Source: a virus (Duplodnaviria; Caudoviricetes). Taken from it: a stretch of DNA of 41,679 nt. This document shows, piece after piece, positions 9,901 to 17,672 of the stretch. Made by a program: the position numbers and the translations under genes. Below the pieces are notes generated by a model that saw nothing but the letters and a program-made list of their open reading frames with translations, searched no databases and had not been told where the DNA came from. The stretch covers positions 1 to 41,679 of the IMG/VR virus record IMGVR_UViG_3300023246_000155; one strand, given 5' to 3'. Position 1 is the first letter of the stretch. Each line of letters starts with the position of its first letter.

Positions 9901-10290
9901 CTTTCCTGGTACTTCGTTTCCTGCTCGGTCCTCTGCTACGATTTCATATTGAATCGAACACACCTCATCGATGATTGCTGTCACACACATATCCACATAA
10001 ATTGAGGCTGCTAGTTGTCTGTAATAATTAAGGTCTTTATATCTTGGATATCCGAATGGTGCTCGGTAGAAAAAGTTTGGAATGTATGCTTTGGGTTGGC
10101 CGTCTCTCGTCTCTTCGTAAACGGTCACTGCATTGCTTCTAGTTGGTTTTGGGTTGCCGGTTGCTTTGTTGTATGGTCCTATTGATTGTCTTGTGTGCTG
10201 ATTTGCTTGCTGGCCGAATGGTTGTAGAACTGATTTACTACCCGTTTCCCAAGGGCAGTTTGAAAATATTGAGGCTGATTTTCTTTCCAT
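6907..10290 (-). CDS. Portal protein fused to MuF/SPP1 gp7 head-morphogenesis domain, containing an intein
   Basis: Portal motifs (YGRSSME, YFNDNSIPPGVL, TINEVRNAEGL); C-terminal WLSAHDDRTSDIC..PPSHPRCRS MuF motif. Confidence 0.9.
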   Translation of the reverse strand: MERKSASIFSNCPWETGSKSVLQPFGQQANQHTRQSIGPYNKATGNPKPTRSNAVTVYEETRDGQPKAYIPNFFYRAPFGYPRYKDLNYYRQLAASIYVDMCVTAIIDEVCSIQYEIVAEDRAGNEVPGKDADVERLQDFFENPNTNKESWEMIVRMMLPDLLELNSGVMVKIFNMFGEMVEICARDGMAFTKNPDPYGFYTTRADLILMKNILGEGEEQTQTMEYPAIQAEMTAEDAHEEGAYFQYGFNTGARPIPFGRREVVWFEKKVRTDNLYGRSSMEVLAKTVQTLIYAVESQLEYFNDNSIPPGVLGLEGMSSEDLTAFGQQWIQQQKVQDDLGNWKRANHKLPMVNKMPKFERLGFTNQELELIESQKWWSKLVWGAFGITATELGFCYSDDTQVLTDNGLKYYWEIKEDDKIATIINQKEIEYIKPDKIHTFDVKDRNFHFYKNNCVDVLVSDNHRMYYRTPKKEEYKCSPSNEIDVDTVKFLQGGLGWEGEYLDEINIPLVEYENNKDKGRYQQTTFNIDEWCEFLGYYLSEGSVLKKMRERKQFHVKIAQVKPEGIKIMKPLAEKMGFRREKVCWTLNNKSLALYLSRFGGSLEKHIPQEIKNLPKPQLRILLDALVSGDGSRREGEDSFNYSSSSKRLIEDVFEICLKLGYKASIYEREFDNPKWNKTYELNVNISQKEPRVVISTQRFNEKYTGTMWCPSVRNRPFITCRNGKVGIHYNTEDAKGSANQIVQTSVAKKRIIYPLLRLIEYHVNTEIIPEFGVEGVRYKYKIFDIDEETKKWGLYKLQTESDLKTINEVRNAEGLDDVEWGDKNVGERSPNQGTNINVGDPRQQDADKINRDSANNRDKMTGKPAKGDKPKDVKKASTSDSPNTLGPGEELSPSEKKLKKNITDLLKVNKKKVFELLEEQGKPEQLLQIKGIDDLPRIIKKIFEIFTFRKVVDEVIKVNFQFGWDTSEKQIDKNIPMNNNAVQFLQDHTFDNVKGMTEEIANNLKAELGRGIINGEGVTKLKARVTKVFNVGDNRAEIIAITEVGRAENQGKLLAMKGSGLDMKKQWLSAHDDRTSDICKHLDGQIVGLDEDFHYKDWSGQSPPSHPRCRSVLLFLEKEEDSISSE
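8098..9108 (-). mobile_element. Portal intein (337 aa) with in-frame LAGLIDADG endonuclease
   Basis: ELGF|CYSDDTQVLTDNG ... FLGYYLSEG ... LLDALVSGDG ... CRNGKVGIHYN|TED. Confidence 0.9.
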
Positions 10291-10358
10291 GAATGTGATA
10301 TTAAGGTGGGCAACCTTGATGAAGTGCTGGTCTGGATAATAACTCTAATTAAAATAAT

Positions 10359-10370
10359 TTTATAAACCTT
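10359..10370 (-). promoter_or_regulatory. TATA-like promoter upstream of the portal gene
   Basis: AAGGTTTATAAA in the TerL-portal intergenic region. Confidence 0.45.
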
Positions 10371-10391
10371 CTTGCGAAAATCGTTAAGCGT

Positions 10392-13300
10392 CTATTCTAC
10401 GAGAATCCTCCCATTAACCATTCGAACTTCTTTGCCATCGACTACCTTTGTTGTTATGCCTCCTTCTCCAAAAACTTTTAATTTGTTATTTTCCTCGATG
10501 GTGTCAATTGGATCCGTAAAAACCCACGCCGATTCGTTTGGGTTAATCTCAAAATACATTCTCATCATTAAGCAATTAGAAACAAGAATATCATTAGCAT
10601 AATAACAATGGTCTTTTTGAACCTTTAAATCATAAACGTCTATTTCCCCACATAAGCTTAGCAGCACAACTTCTTGAACAGCATTTGGTTGAGTCTTGTT
10701 TTTTGACGCTGAATTCTTTTCCGCAGTATAAACAATTTCTTCTTTCAAAATATCTTTTTTCTTTATACTTTGCGTTTTGAAAACATTTGTTTGAGCAATA
10801 TTTACCGCATTGGTGTACACTTTTGTCAATAAATTCTTTTTTACAGAATTCACATATTTTTTTAATGTTTTTGATATTTTGTTTTGCATGAATCCTTTGA
10901 TGTTCCGATGATTCAATGATTGTAAGATTCTTTGGATTATTATTGAAATGGTTTCCGTCAATATGGTGAACCGAGTATCCTTTAGGGATTGGTCTTCCTG
11001 TTGAATCCTCATAAACTCTTCTATGCAATGCTTCGATTTTTCCATTTCTTTTCTTGTAATAATATCTTCCACTGGATAAAAGCCTGTATCTTTCTCCTTT
11101 GTAAATAATCTCTTTATTCTCCATTTTAATAAATTTTTTGTGTTTAATATCTCTCCTTTGTACTCTCTCATCTTAAGGGCTTTAACCTTTTTAAAACTAT
11201 CATTTAGATAAATCTTGTGATTTGGTGTGCAATAAATTTCCTTACCATTATTAAATTTTATTTTTACAATTTGCTTTGATTTCTTCCTTTTTACTTCTAA
11301 AACTTTCCTGCTTCCATATGGAGTTATTACCTTTTCTCCAATATTAATATCCTTAATGAATTTATATCCATTTGTGGTTAATACGTTGGTATTTCCTACC
11401 AGACAATCACCTGCATCCGTTGACCTGCTAAGTGCGGCCGAGTCATGAAGCTCTTTCTTTGTTATCACTCTCATCTTCGCATCTTTGTCTGAGTCCATTT
11501 GCTTCATGACTTCTAAATCCTCAATAATTAATTCTTTGATGTTGATTGGCAGCTCCCTATAAATTCCAATCATCCCAGAGTTAACATGGTTTGCTAATTC
11601 GAACCAACACTGGCTTCTTAGGTTCTTGTAATTGTCCAGCCCCTCATCATCCGTGCTTTGCTTCTTTTTCTTTAGTGGCGCCGCGTTTGCTACGAATCCG
11701 ATAATCTCCGGCATTTCTTTCTTCAATCCGAACCCCACCCCAATCTCATCCACTAGGCAATGGCTTCTTGGGATTGTTCTGCTTGTTAGTATCTCATCCA
11801 ACTCACTACTCGACAGCCCTTCTGAAAATTGTAAAAGCTCAGTAATAAATAACCCATCCCAAATCGACACCATGCAACTATCCCTTCCGAATCCTGACTG
11901 GTCCACTATGCAATACTTCTTTCCTCGCTTGGCCTCATTTGTGAATAAATCAACGATTGAGTCGTAGTTGAATATCTTTGTTGGATCATCATCATACTCC
12001 CAATTCCCATTCAACAATCTCTCCCGGTTCTTTTTGTCTAGCTTCTTCAAATTCTCGATATAATGCACTGAGATAAATGGGTTGTCGTAAACACTCGCCG
12101 GCACGTATGCTTTGAAGGGTTCGAGTTCGTTGTCTCGCCACTTCTTATAAAAATCTCTATAAATAAAAGTCTTACAAGGATTGCTCCCCATCCCAATCTT
12201 TGGGATTAATCCGAACTCATCCAACTTGAACCTCATACGACTTCGAATGATTTGGTACGCCTGTTCAGTAATGTCACCCATCTCATCAATAAAGCCGTCA
12301 GTATACTCGGTCGAACCAAGACTTACAAACTCAGGGTCACTTGGATATAAAAATAAGTCCTTAAGATATTCTTCGCTTCCATTCGAGAAGGTGATATAAG
12401 ATGCCTGAGCATTGTAATTATAGTCTATACCCATTTGTAACCCCATTTTACTCGCAACTTCAAAAAATGTCAAGAGTGTTGATGCTTTCAAATCTTTAAG
12501 ACGTGCTCTCGCGAGAAATCCTCTGGAACCTTTATACTTCAATCTTCGTTTAATTTGCCAATAACATCCTGTAAAACTTTTCGAGTTGTGAATAATTATC
12601 CCATTAGCCAAAACATAGGATTCGTTCTCTGTTTCAATATCATACATTGGTTCATTTTGCCAATAAAATCTAATCTCTAAAATATCATTTAAATTTATTT
12701 CACATGCTTCCAACTTTTTCTTATTATAATGTCCTTTATACAACTTGGTTTTACTCCGTACTCCACTGCCAACTTCTTTCTCCCGTATTTCCTCGGGATG
12801 AATTTCTCCCTTATCTCTTTTACCTGTTGCTCGGTTAGTTTGCTCATTCCGTTCTGACTCCCTGGCTTCCTTTGAAGATTTGCTCGATTCCCTACATTCT
12901 CCATAAATGGGTTCATTCTTCCTAGTTTCTCCGCATGATGGAAGTTCTCCTTTCCAGTCATCCATTCTAGATTTTCTATTTGATTGTTTCGTTTGTTGAG
13001 ATCTTTGTGATTTACTTCTGGTTTGCTTTCCGGATTCGGAATAAATGTTTTGGCTACTAATCTGTGAATTTGTACGCCTTCCTTTCCTGTATTTAAAACA
13101 ATAGTTGTTCTCAAGTAACCCTTCTTTGTTATCCCGGGGTTCATTATCATAATCTTTCCAGAATTTTTCCAATTGATTGTCTTTAATCTCCCTTTGTTGC
13201 TTATCAAATACCGACCATTCGTTTCTTTTACTTCTACCCAATACTCCTCTGGCAAGTTCTCCAATCTCAACCCATTCTCCATCAAATAAGAATTTATGCG

Positions 13301-13613
13301 CTTGTGTGAAGTTGATTTTTGTTCCATCTTTTAATTTTAACTCTATACATCCAACGGAACCACCATTTATAAAAGTTTCTAACACTGGCTTATATTCCAG
13401 AATATTCTTTTTCTTATTAAAAGTAAGCACAATTTCACCTTTTTTAATATCTTTTAGAAACCTTTCCCCTAGGGTAGTGGTGGTTCTGACCTTAGTTACA
13501 CCAACTCCGCAACCACCGGCTGCGCCACCCATAAAGATTTCTGTGTGTTCATCATCATCTAGAGTATTAAGGATCTCACTTTGCTTTTGGCTTAAGGTTA
13601 TTTTTCTTATCAT
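10392..13613 (-). CDS. terL: Terminase large subunit with two inteins
   Basis: Walker A GGAAGG|SKS restored after removing intein 1; Walker B FIDE; GSNP motif; nuclease acidic residues IVDQSGFGRDS and STDAGD|CL. Confidence 0.93.
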   Translation of the reverse strand: MIRKITLSQKQSEILNTLDDDEHTEIFMGGAAGGCGVGVTKVRTTTTLGERFLKDIKKGEIVLTFNKKKNILEYKPVLETFINGGSVGCIELKLKDGTKINFTQAHKFLFDGEWVEIGELARGVLGRSKRNEWSVFDKQQREIKDNQLEKFWKDYDNEPRDNKEGLLENNYCFKYRKGRRTNSQISSQNIYSESGKQTRSKSQRSQQTKQSNRKSRMDDWKGELPSCGETRKNEPIYGECRESSKSSKEARESERNEQTNRATGKRDKGEIHPEEIREKEVGSGVRSKTKLYKGHYNKKKLEACEINLNDILEIRFYWQNEPMYDIETENESYVLANGIIIHNSKSFTGCYWQIKRRLKYKGSRGFLARARLKDLKASTLLTFFEVASKMGLQMGIDYNYNAQASYITFSNGSEEYLKDLFLYPSDPEFVSLGSTEYTDGFIDEMGDITEQAYQIIRSRMRFKLDEFGLIPKIGMGSNPCKTFIYRDFYKKWRDNELEPFKAYVPASVYDNPFISVHYIENLKKLDKKNRERLLNGNWEYDDDPTKIFNYDSIVDLFTNEAKRGKKYCIVDQSGFGRDSCMVSIWDGLFITELLQFSEGLSSSELDEILTSRTIPRSHCLVDEIGVGFGLKKEMPEIIGFVANAAPLKKKKQSTDDEGLDNYKNLRSQCWFELANHVNSGMIGIYRELPINIKELIIEDLEVMKQMDSDKDAKMRVITKKELHDSAALSRSTDAGDCLVGNTNVLTTNGYKFIKDINIGEKVITPYGSRKVLEVKRKKSKQIVKIKFNNGKEIYCTPNHKIYLNDSFKKVKALKMREYKGEILNTKNLLKWRIKRLFTKEKDTGFYPVEDIITRKEMEKSKHCIEEFMRIQQEDQSLKDTRFTILTETISIIIQRILQSLNHRNIKGFMQNKISKTLKKYVNSVKKNLLTKVYTNAVNIAQTNVFKTQSIKKKDILKEEIVYTAEKNSASKNKTQPNAVQEVVLLSLCGEIDVYDLKVQKDHCYYANDILVSNCLMMRMYFEINPNESAWVFTDPIDTIEENNKLKVFGEGGITTKVVDGKEVRMVNGRILVE
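10575..11405 (-). mobile_element. TerL intein 2 (277 aa) in the nuclease domain
   Basis: AGD|CLVGNTNVLTTNG, block B CTPNHKI, C-terminal VYDLKVQKDHCYYANDILVSN|C. Confidence 0.9.
10630..11124 (-). CDS. HNH endonuclease with Zn-ribbon repeats, nested in the -1 frame inside TerL intein 2
   Basis: ALHRRVYE..VHHIDGNHFNNNPKNL plus CxxC..CSxxC repeats; entirely within the intein coordinates. Confidence 0.85.
   Translation of the reverse strand: MENKEIIYKGERYRLLSSGRYYYKKRNGKIEALHRRVYEDSTGRPIPKGYSVHHIDGNHFNNNPKNLTIIESSEHQRIHAKQNIKNIKKICEFCKKEFIDKSVHQCGKYCSNKCFQNAKYKEKRYFERRNCLYCGKEFSVKKQDSTKCCSRSCAAKLMWGNRRL
12695..13327 (-). CDS. NUMOD4-HNH endonuclease with C-terminal HTH, nested in the +1 frame inside TerL intein 1
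   Basis: EYWVEV..YLISNKGRLK NUMOD4; IHRLVAKTFIPNP..VNHKDLNKRNNQIENLEW HNH; alternative start ATG at 13282. Confidence 0.88.
   Translation of the reverse strand: MEQKSTSHKRINSYLMENGLRLENLPEEYWVEVKETNGRYLISNKGRLKTINWKNSGKIMIMNPGITKKGYLRTTIVLNTGKEGVQIHRLVAKTFIPNPESKPEVNHKDLNKRNNQIENLEWMTGKENFHHAEKLGRMNPFMENVGNRANLQRKPGSQNGMSKLTEQQVKEIREKFIPRKYGRKKLAVEYGVKPSCIKDIIIRKSWKHVK
13366..13380 (-). promoter_or_regulatory. Candidate internal BRE/TATA promoter for the nested HNH
   Basis: AGAAACTTTTATAAA about 40 nt upstream of ATG 13327; resembles intergenic promoters at 6887 and 27381. Confidence 0.4.
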
Positions 13614-14001
13614 CTTTGATTTTCATAATTGATTCTTCTTTCATTTTCTTAATTGTCTCATCACTCATGATTACTTCTTGAAAGGTTATACTTTGCTCTC
13701 CAGAGTGTTCTATTTCCTGCTTTTGTCCCCATCCCCTTTGTTTTCCTACTTTGGAGTTTGTTAATAACCACTTGCTTTGGTCTATATCTCTGTTTGATAA
13801 TATTGACATTGCTACTATATCTTCTGCGTTTTCTACCAATTTAACAACTTCTAAATCTAGTAGCTCTCGCATCTTTGGTCGCTTTTTTAAGAATAATCCT
13901 ACTGCTTGTCTGGTCTTCTCCATCTTCTCGGCTATCCTTGCTTGGTTTCCGCCTGAGTTTACGAGTGCCGCCTTGAATGTCTTTTCAGTTATCTTTGCCA
14001 T
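13576..14001 (-). CDS. terS: Terminase small subunit
   Basis: Directly upstream of terL; N-terminal HTH (GGNQARIAEKMEKTRQAV) and KWLL..RGWGQKQEIEHSGE motif; likely start MAKITEK. Confidence 0.75.
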   Translation of the reverse strand: MAKITEKTFKAALVNSGGNQARIAEKMEKTRQAVGLFLKKRPKMRELLDLEVVKLVENAEDIVAMSILSNRDIDQSKWLLTNSKVGKQRGWGQKQEIEHSGEQSITFQEVIMSDETIKKMKEESIMKIKDDKKNNLKPKAK

Positions 14002-14335
14002 GTTAATTTTTCCGCCCAAAACTATGGTTTTTGTCAAGTTTGTCAAGTTTTACTCGCAAATCCGACCGCGCAACTTGACATAAAGCTCCAGATTTAATCA
14101 TTTCCATGCCTTTTTTGAACGATTCCATTGAATTAACCTCATATTCTACTCTTTTTTCGACCATTTTAGTTCGATTTTTCCTCTTTATTTTTATTAAATA
14201 CTCTGTTTAGGAAGTCTTGCATGCTACTTCCGACTTTCATTGGGCTAATTTTTCCTATTTTTTCGTGTGTAATGTCTTCATCTAGGCTTTCGTTGTATTC
14301 TTTTTTACTCCAATCAAACTTCCAATCAAAATTAC

Positions 14336-14551
14336 TCATAATGTATCCGCCTCTTTTATACCAAAAAAGTCACAAAACCAATATATTTGTGCACAGTGTC
14401 CTGCTAAACATTCTCTATTTTTACATTGTTTTTTATCTTTTTGCCATTCTTTAATCATATTGGTTACTTCATTTTTTATGAACTCGTCTAGTCCTTCCTT
14501 TATATCTTCATTATTGAACCACTCATCTGTTAATTCTTCAAATTTTTTCAT
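14336..14551 (-). CDS. Hypothetical protein
   Basis: Likely start MKKFEEL after a GGCGGTGA RBS. Confidence 0.5.
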   Translation of the reverse strand: MKKFEELTDEWFNNEDIKEGLDEFIKNEVTNMIKEWQKDKKQCKNRECLAGHCAQIYWFCDFFGIKEADTL

Positions 14552-14862
14552 AATTTCACCGCCTTCATTTTCGTATGGTTTTCCCATCTTTCTATCCCGT
14601 GTGAGCAAAAGTCCGGGTCTAGCTCTATTGTGTAACAAACACGTTTTCTTTCCTCACAGGCCATTAAAGTGCTGAATGAACCCCCAAATGGGTCGAGTAC
14701 TGCCTGTCCTTTCTTTGTGTTGTTTAATATTGCTCTCTGGGCTAGTTTTGTTGGTTTTTGGGTTGGGTGGATGTAGTTCTTGTTGGAATCCTTCTTGATT
14801 TCCCATACTGTGCTTTGCTCCTTGATCTTGTTTACGAATCGCTTCAGTTCCTCATGGGTCAT
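14548..14862 (-). pseudogene. C-terminal fragment of an N6/N4 DNA methyltransferase
   Basis: HPTQKP and VLDPFGGSFST SAM-binding motif present; catalytic DPPY half absent upstream. Confidence 0.7.
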
Positions 14863-14993
14863 TTTGTTAATGTTGCATTTTCTGCATTTCTTTTTGATGC
14901 ATAGCCTTGGCCCTGCGCCACGATCTTATAATTATCTGCTATCAATCTCCATCTCCAGTCGGATTTGCCTTTGTATATTTCAAATTTGCTCAT
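14859..14993 (-). CDS. DUF1508/YegP-like small protein (44 aa, possibly truncated); not in ORF track
   Basis: MSKFEIYKGKSDWRWRLIADNYKIVAQGQGYASKRNAENA matches the FEIY..WRWRL..N..I...GY..K.NA pattern. Confidence 0.65.
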   Translation of the reverse strand: MSKFEIYKGKSDWRWRLIADNYKIVAQGQGYASKRNAENATLTK

Positions 14994-15380
14994 GATTTTT
15001 CCTCCGGTTGATTTAATTTTTTAAATTTTCTGATTCTTCCACATCTAAAACAAATAGCTTCAAAATAATGATTTTTAGCTCCTAGTCCTCTTAATTGATT
15101 ATATTCTTGATGCCCAAACAACCAGCACAATATTTTGTTTATCATTTCGCTTTCTCCTTGTGTTTTTTCCACATAGACTTTTTATGCTGTTTAAGAATAT
15201 CAATAAGTTCTCCAACAGTCTCAATATCTTTAAGTTTTAAATTTTCTATTTGCTCTATTTTTGATTTAAGATGTATTTTTGCCATTTTAATCATCTTCCT
15301 CTATATCCGGAGCTTCGCCTTCTGGGATTTCTCTTGCAAATTTTCCTGTTTTTGGATGCCTTTCTAATACCATTGTGTTT

Positions 15381-15431
15381 GTTCAGGATTTTTGAACGCT
15401 TTCCTGTTCAGCGTGTTCAATATTTTTGAAC
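15381..15431. repeat. Tandem GTTCA-N7-TGAAC palindromes
   Basis: GTTCAggattttTGAAC (15381-97), extra GTTCA (15406-10), GTTCAatattttTGAAC (15415-31). Confidence 0.7.
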
Positions 15432-15464
15432 GATAAAAAATAAAAAATAAAATTTGTTTTGAAA

Positions 15465-15926
15465 TTAAAGCTTTAATTGGGACCCGATTTCTTCTTTGAT
15501 TTCGTTGATTTCTTTGTTGACTATTTTGAGCCTGTCCTCAGTTGATTCGATTTCCTTTTTGGATTTCTCCGCTTGGTCTATCTTAGCAATTGTCTGCAAG
15601 TCCTCTTTTAGCTTTGTTAGCTCTGGAGTCATTTCGCCTGCTTCTTTTAGGCTGTTATTCATCTCAACAAGATGTTTGTCGTGATATGTTTTCTCCTGGA
15701 CTAGGCCTTTGTATGCAAGTTTGATTCCTTCTTCAGTATACTCAACTTCCATGCTGGATTTGACTGTTGACACGAGTTTGGATTCTACTGCTTCTATGTT
15801 CTTGGATTCGTCTCCAATAACTTCCTCAGTCTTGTTCTCCATGACGTTGGATTTCTTCTGCAATAGGATTTTTCTTCGCTCGTCGTATGTTAACTTAGAT
15901 GTTTCGTCTAGTTTATTCTGTACCAT
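15465..15926 (-). CDS. Coiled-coil hypothetical protein
   Basis: GGAGGT RBS; Glu/Lys-rich heptads; followed by an oligo-T tract. Confidence 0.65.
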   Translation of the reverse strand: MVQNKLDETSKLTYDERRKILLQKKSNVMENKTEEVIGDESKNIEAVESKLVSTVKSSMEVEYTEEGIKLAYKGLVQEKTYHDKHLVEMNNSLKEAGEMTPELTKLKEDLQTIAKIDQAEKSKKEIESTEDRLKIVNKEINEIKEEIGSQLKL

Positions 15927-15933
15927 GTATTTT

Positions 15934-16353
15934 TTACCTCCATTTTTTTTTGTTTAATTTTCCTGAAAATGTATCTGTAGTTTTATGACACTCTTTACAG
16001 AGTGTTCTTCCATTATCTATAGCAAATCTTAATTCTGGGAATAAGGCGAATGGTTTGATGTGGTCTGCATTTAAGTTTCCACCTCTTTGCCCACAAAATC
16101 TACAAGTCCAATTATCTCTTTTAAATACCGCTTCTCTCCATAATCTATATTCCATAGAATTTCTTATTTTTATATTTTTAGAAGATATTCCACCTTTCCA
16201 ATTCCAATGTTTATTCCCGCTTTGTAATTTGTGTCCTTTTTTAAAGCCATTTTCAATACTCTTAGGATTGTATCCTTTATGTTTATAACTCTCCTTCCTC
16301 TTAAGTGATCGTTCTTTCTCTTTCTCTTTTCTATGATATTTTGCGTAGGGCAT
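15934..16353 (-). CDS. HNH endonuclease
   Basis: WREAVFKRDNWTCRFC..ADHIKP..NGRTLCKECH; GGAGGTGA RBS before MPYAKY. Confidence 0.85.
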   Translation of the reverse strand: MPYAKYHRKEKEKERSLKRKESYKHKGYNPKSIENGFKKGHKLQSGNKHWNWKGGISSKNIKIRNSMEYRLWREAVFKRDNWTCRFCGQRGGNLNADHIKPFALFPELRFAIDNGRTLCKECHKTTDTFSGKLNKKKWR

Positions 16354-16726
16354 TTTCACCTCCCTTCTCAGTTTCTTCAATTTTACTAAACTCGCAGCAT
16401 TCCTGTGGACTCCTTGTTAAATTAACAGCCGTCAACTCTATATCACTCAAGACTCCATTTTTGTTGTTATGATAATTTTTCTTAATCTCCTTTAAAAGTT
16501 TGATCTGCGATTTGCCATAGTCTGTAAGTGTGATAACAATTTCCTTCCCGCGCTTTCCATCTCCTTCGGTTTTGTTGACTATGTTTGATCTTGCCCACCT
16601 GGATATTAATGTTGATGCAGCACTCAACGCCAAATCACAACGTTTTGCTAACTCAGAAATATTCCTAGGCTTTTTTGAAATCTCAATTAAGAAATTCATA
16701 TTTTTTTGATTAATTATCTCCAACAT
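16331..16726 (-). CDS. Winged-helix transcriptional regulator (ArsR/MarR-like)
   Basis: PRNISELAKRCDLALSAASTLISRW..IVITLTDYG wHTH pattern. Confidence 0.7.
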   Translation of the reverse strand: MLEIINQKNMNFLIEISKKPRNISELAKRCDLALSAASTLISRWARSNIVNKTEGDGKRGKEIVITLTDYGKSQIKLLKEIKKNYHNNKNGVLSDIELTAVNLTRSPQECCEFSKIEETEKGGENALRKIS

Positions 16727-17328
16727 ACTCTTGACCTCACTTTTTCTCTGAATTGGGATTCTGTACAAACTTCTCTCATTATTGTTGTTCTGGAATCTCC
16801 TGCGAACACTGTTGCTTCACTTACGACTATGCATGCTATTTGTTTTGGAGTAGTCTCAGATGGAAAATTATTATAATATGTTATCTCCTTGACTTGAATA
16901 AATCTTCCTTCTTTAGTCTCATATATCCCATCACAAAAAATATCAAATTCTAATGCCCCAAAATAAACATGGAAAGATTCTGGATCAAGTGTATCATCAA
17001 TAAGAACATCCATCCCTAATAATTTTAATGATTTTCCAAATTTGTCTTTAAGTTTTTTTCCAAGTCTAATCGTGTTTGGTATTTCTCTATTATTCATAAT
17101 ATAAGTTGTTACTGCTCTGTTTATATTATCTAACTGATTCACATCTTTCCATATCTTCCAATCAAATACTTCGGTTTGTCGAAGGTGTACTCTCGCATGA
17201 GTTCCGTCGTGACATACAATCCTCTCAAGTCCATCTTCACTTAAAACCCAAAAATGTTCTGCTTCCCAGCTTGGTCTTGTGATTTTTTCACCATTCCTCA
17301 AAGCAATTTTAATATTATCCCAGTTCAT
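16714..17328 (-). CDS. Protein with N-terminal DUF2829/Tad2-like domain
   Basis: ALRNGEKITRPSW ... QTEVFDWKI resembles the DUF2829 ALxxGxxxxRxxW...DW consensus. Confidence 0.45.
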   Translation of the reverse strand: MNWDNIKIALRNGEKITRPSWEAEHFWVLSEDGLERIVCHDGTHARVHLRQTEVFDWKIWKDVNQLDNINRAVTTYIMNNREIPNTIRLGKKLKDKFGKSLKLLGMDVLIDDTLDPESFHVYFGALEFDIFCDGIYETKEGRFIQVKEITYYNNFPSETTPKQIACIVVSEATVFAGDSRTTIMREVCTESQFREKVRSRVCWR

Positions 17329-17531
17329 TTGAGTTTAATTCTCCCATCTTTATTGATTCGAACGTTTAGCATTGTTATCGCTATCCCAACAGAATAAAAG
17401 TCCACACTTGCGCCCTTCACTATATCTGATTTGAATACTGGCTCGTCTTGTTTTTTTAGAAATTGCTTAACCTTCTCAAGAGTTGCAACGTTTATGTTCT
17501 TCCTGTTAGAATCACCCATAAATATAAACAT
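17325..17531 (-). CDS. Small wHTH-like protein
   Basis: TLEKVKQFLK..VFKSDIVKGASVDFYSV; preceded by AAAGTTTAAATA (17552-17541). Confidence 0.5.
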   Translation of the reverse strand: MFIFMGDSNRKNINVATLEKVKQFLKKQDEPVFKSDIVKGASVDFYSVGIAITMLNVRINKDGRIKLK

Positions 17532-17672
17532 ATATTTTGCTATTTAAACTTTGTGGTTTTGGTTTTTGTCTCAAAAGACAAGGACTCCTGCAGATGTGCC
17601 TTATGCAATCATCGCCCTTATGAAATTAGACAAACATAAATGTTTGGTTTGATGCATACCATATAGGCAAAT

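Larger units (their letters stand above)
12585..13511 (-). mobile_element. TerL intein 1 (309 aa) in the Walker A motif
   Basis: GG|CGVGVTKVRT, block B FTQAHKF, C-terminal MYDIETENESYVLANGIIIHN|S. Confidence 0.9.
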
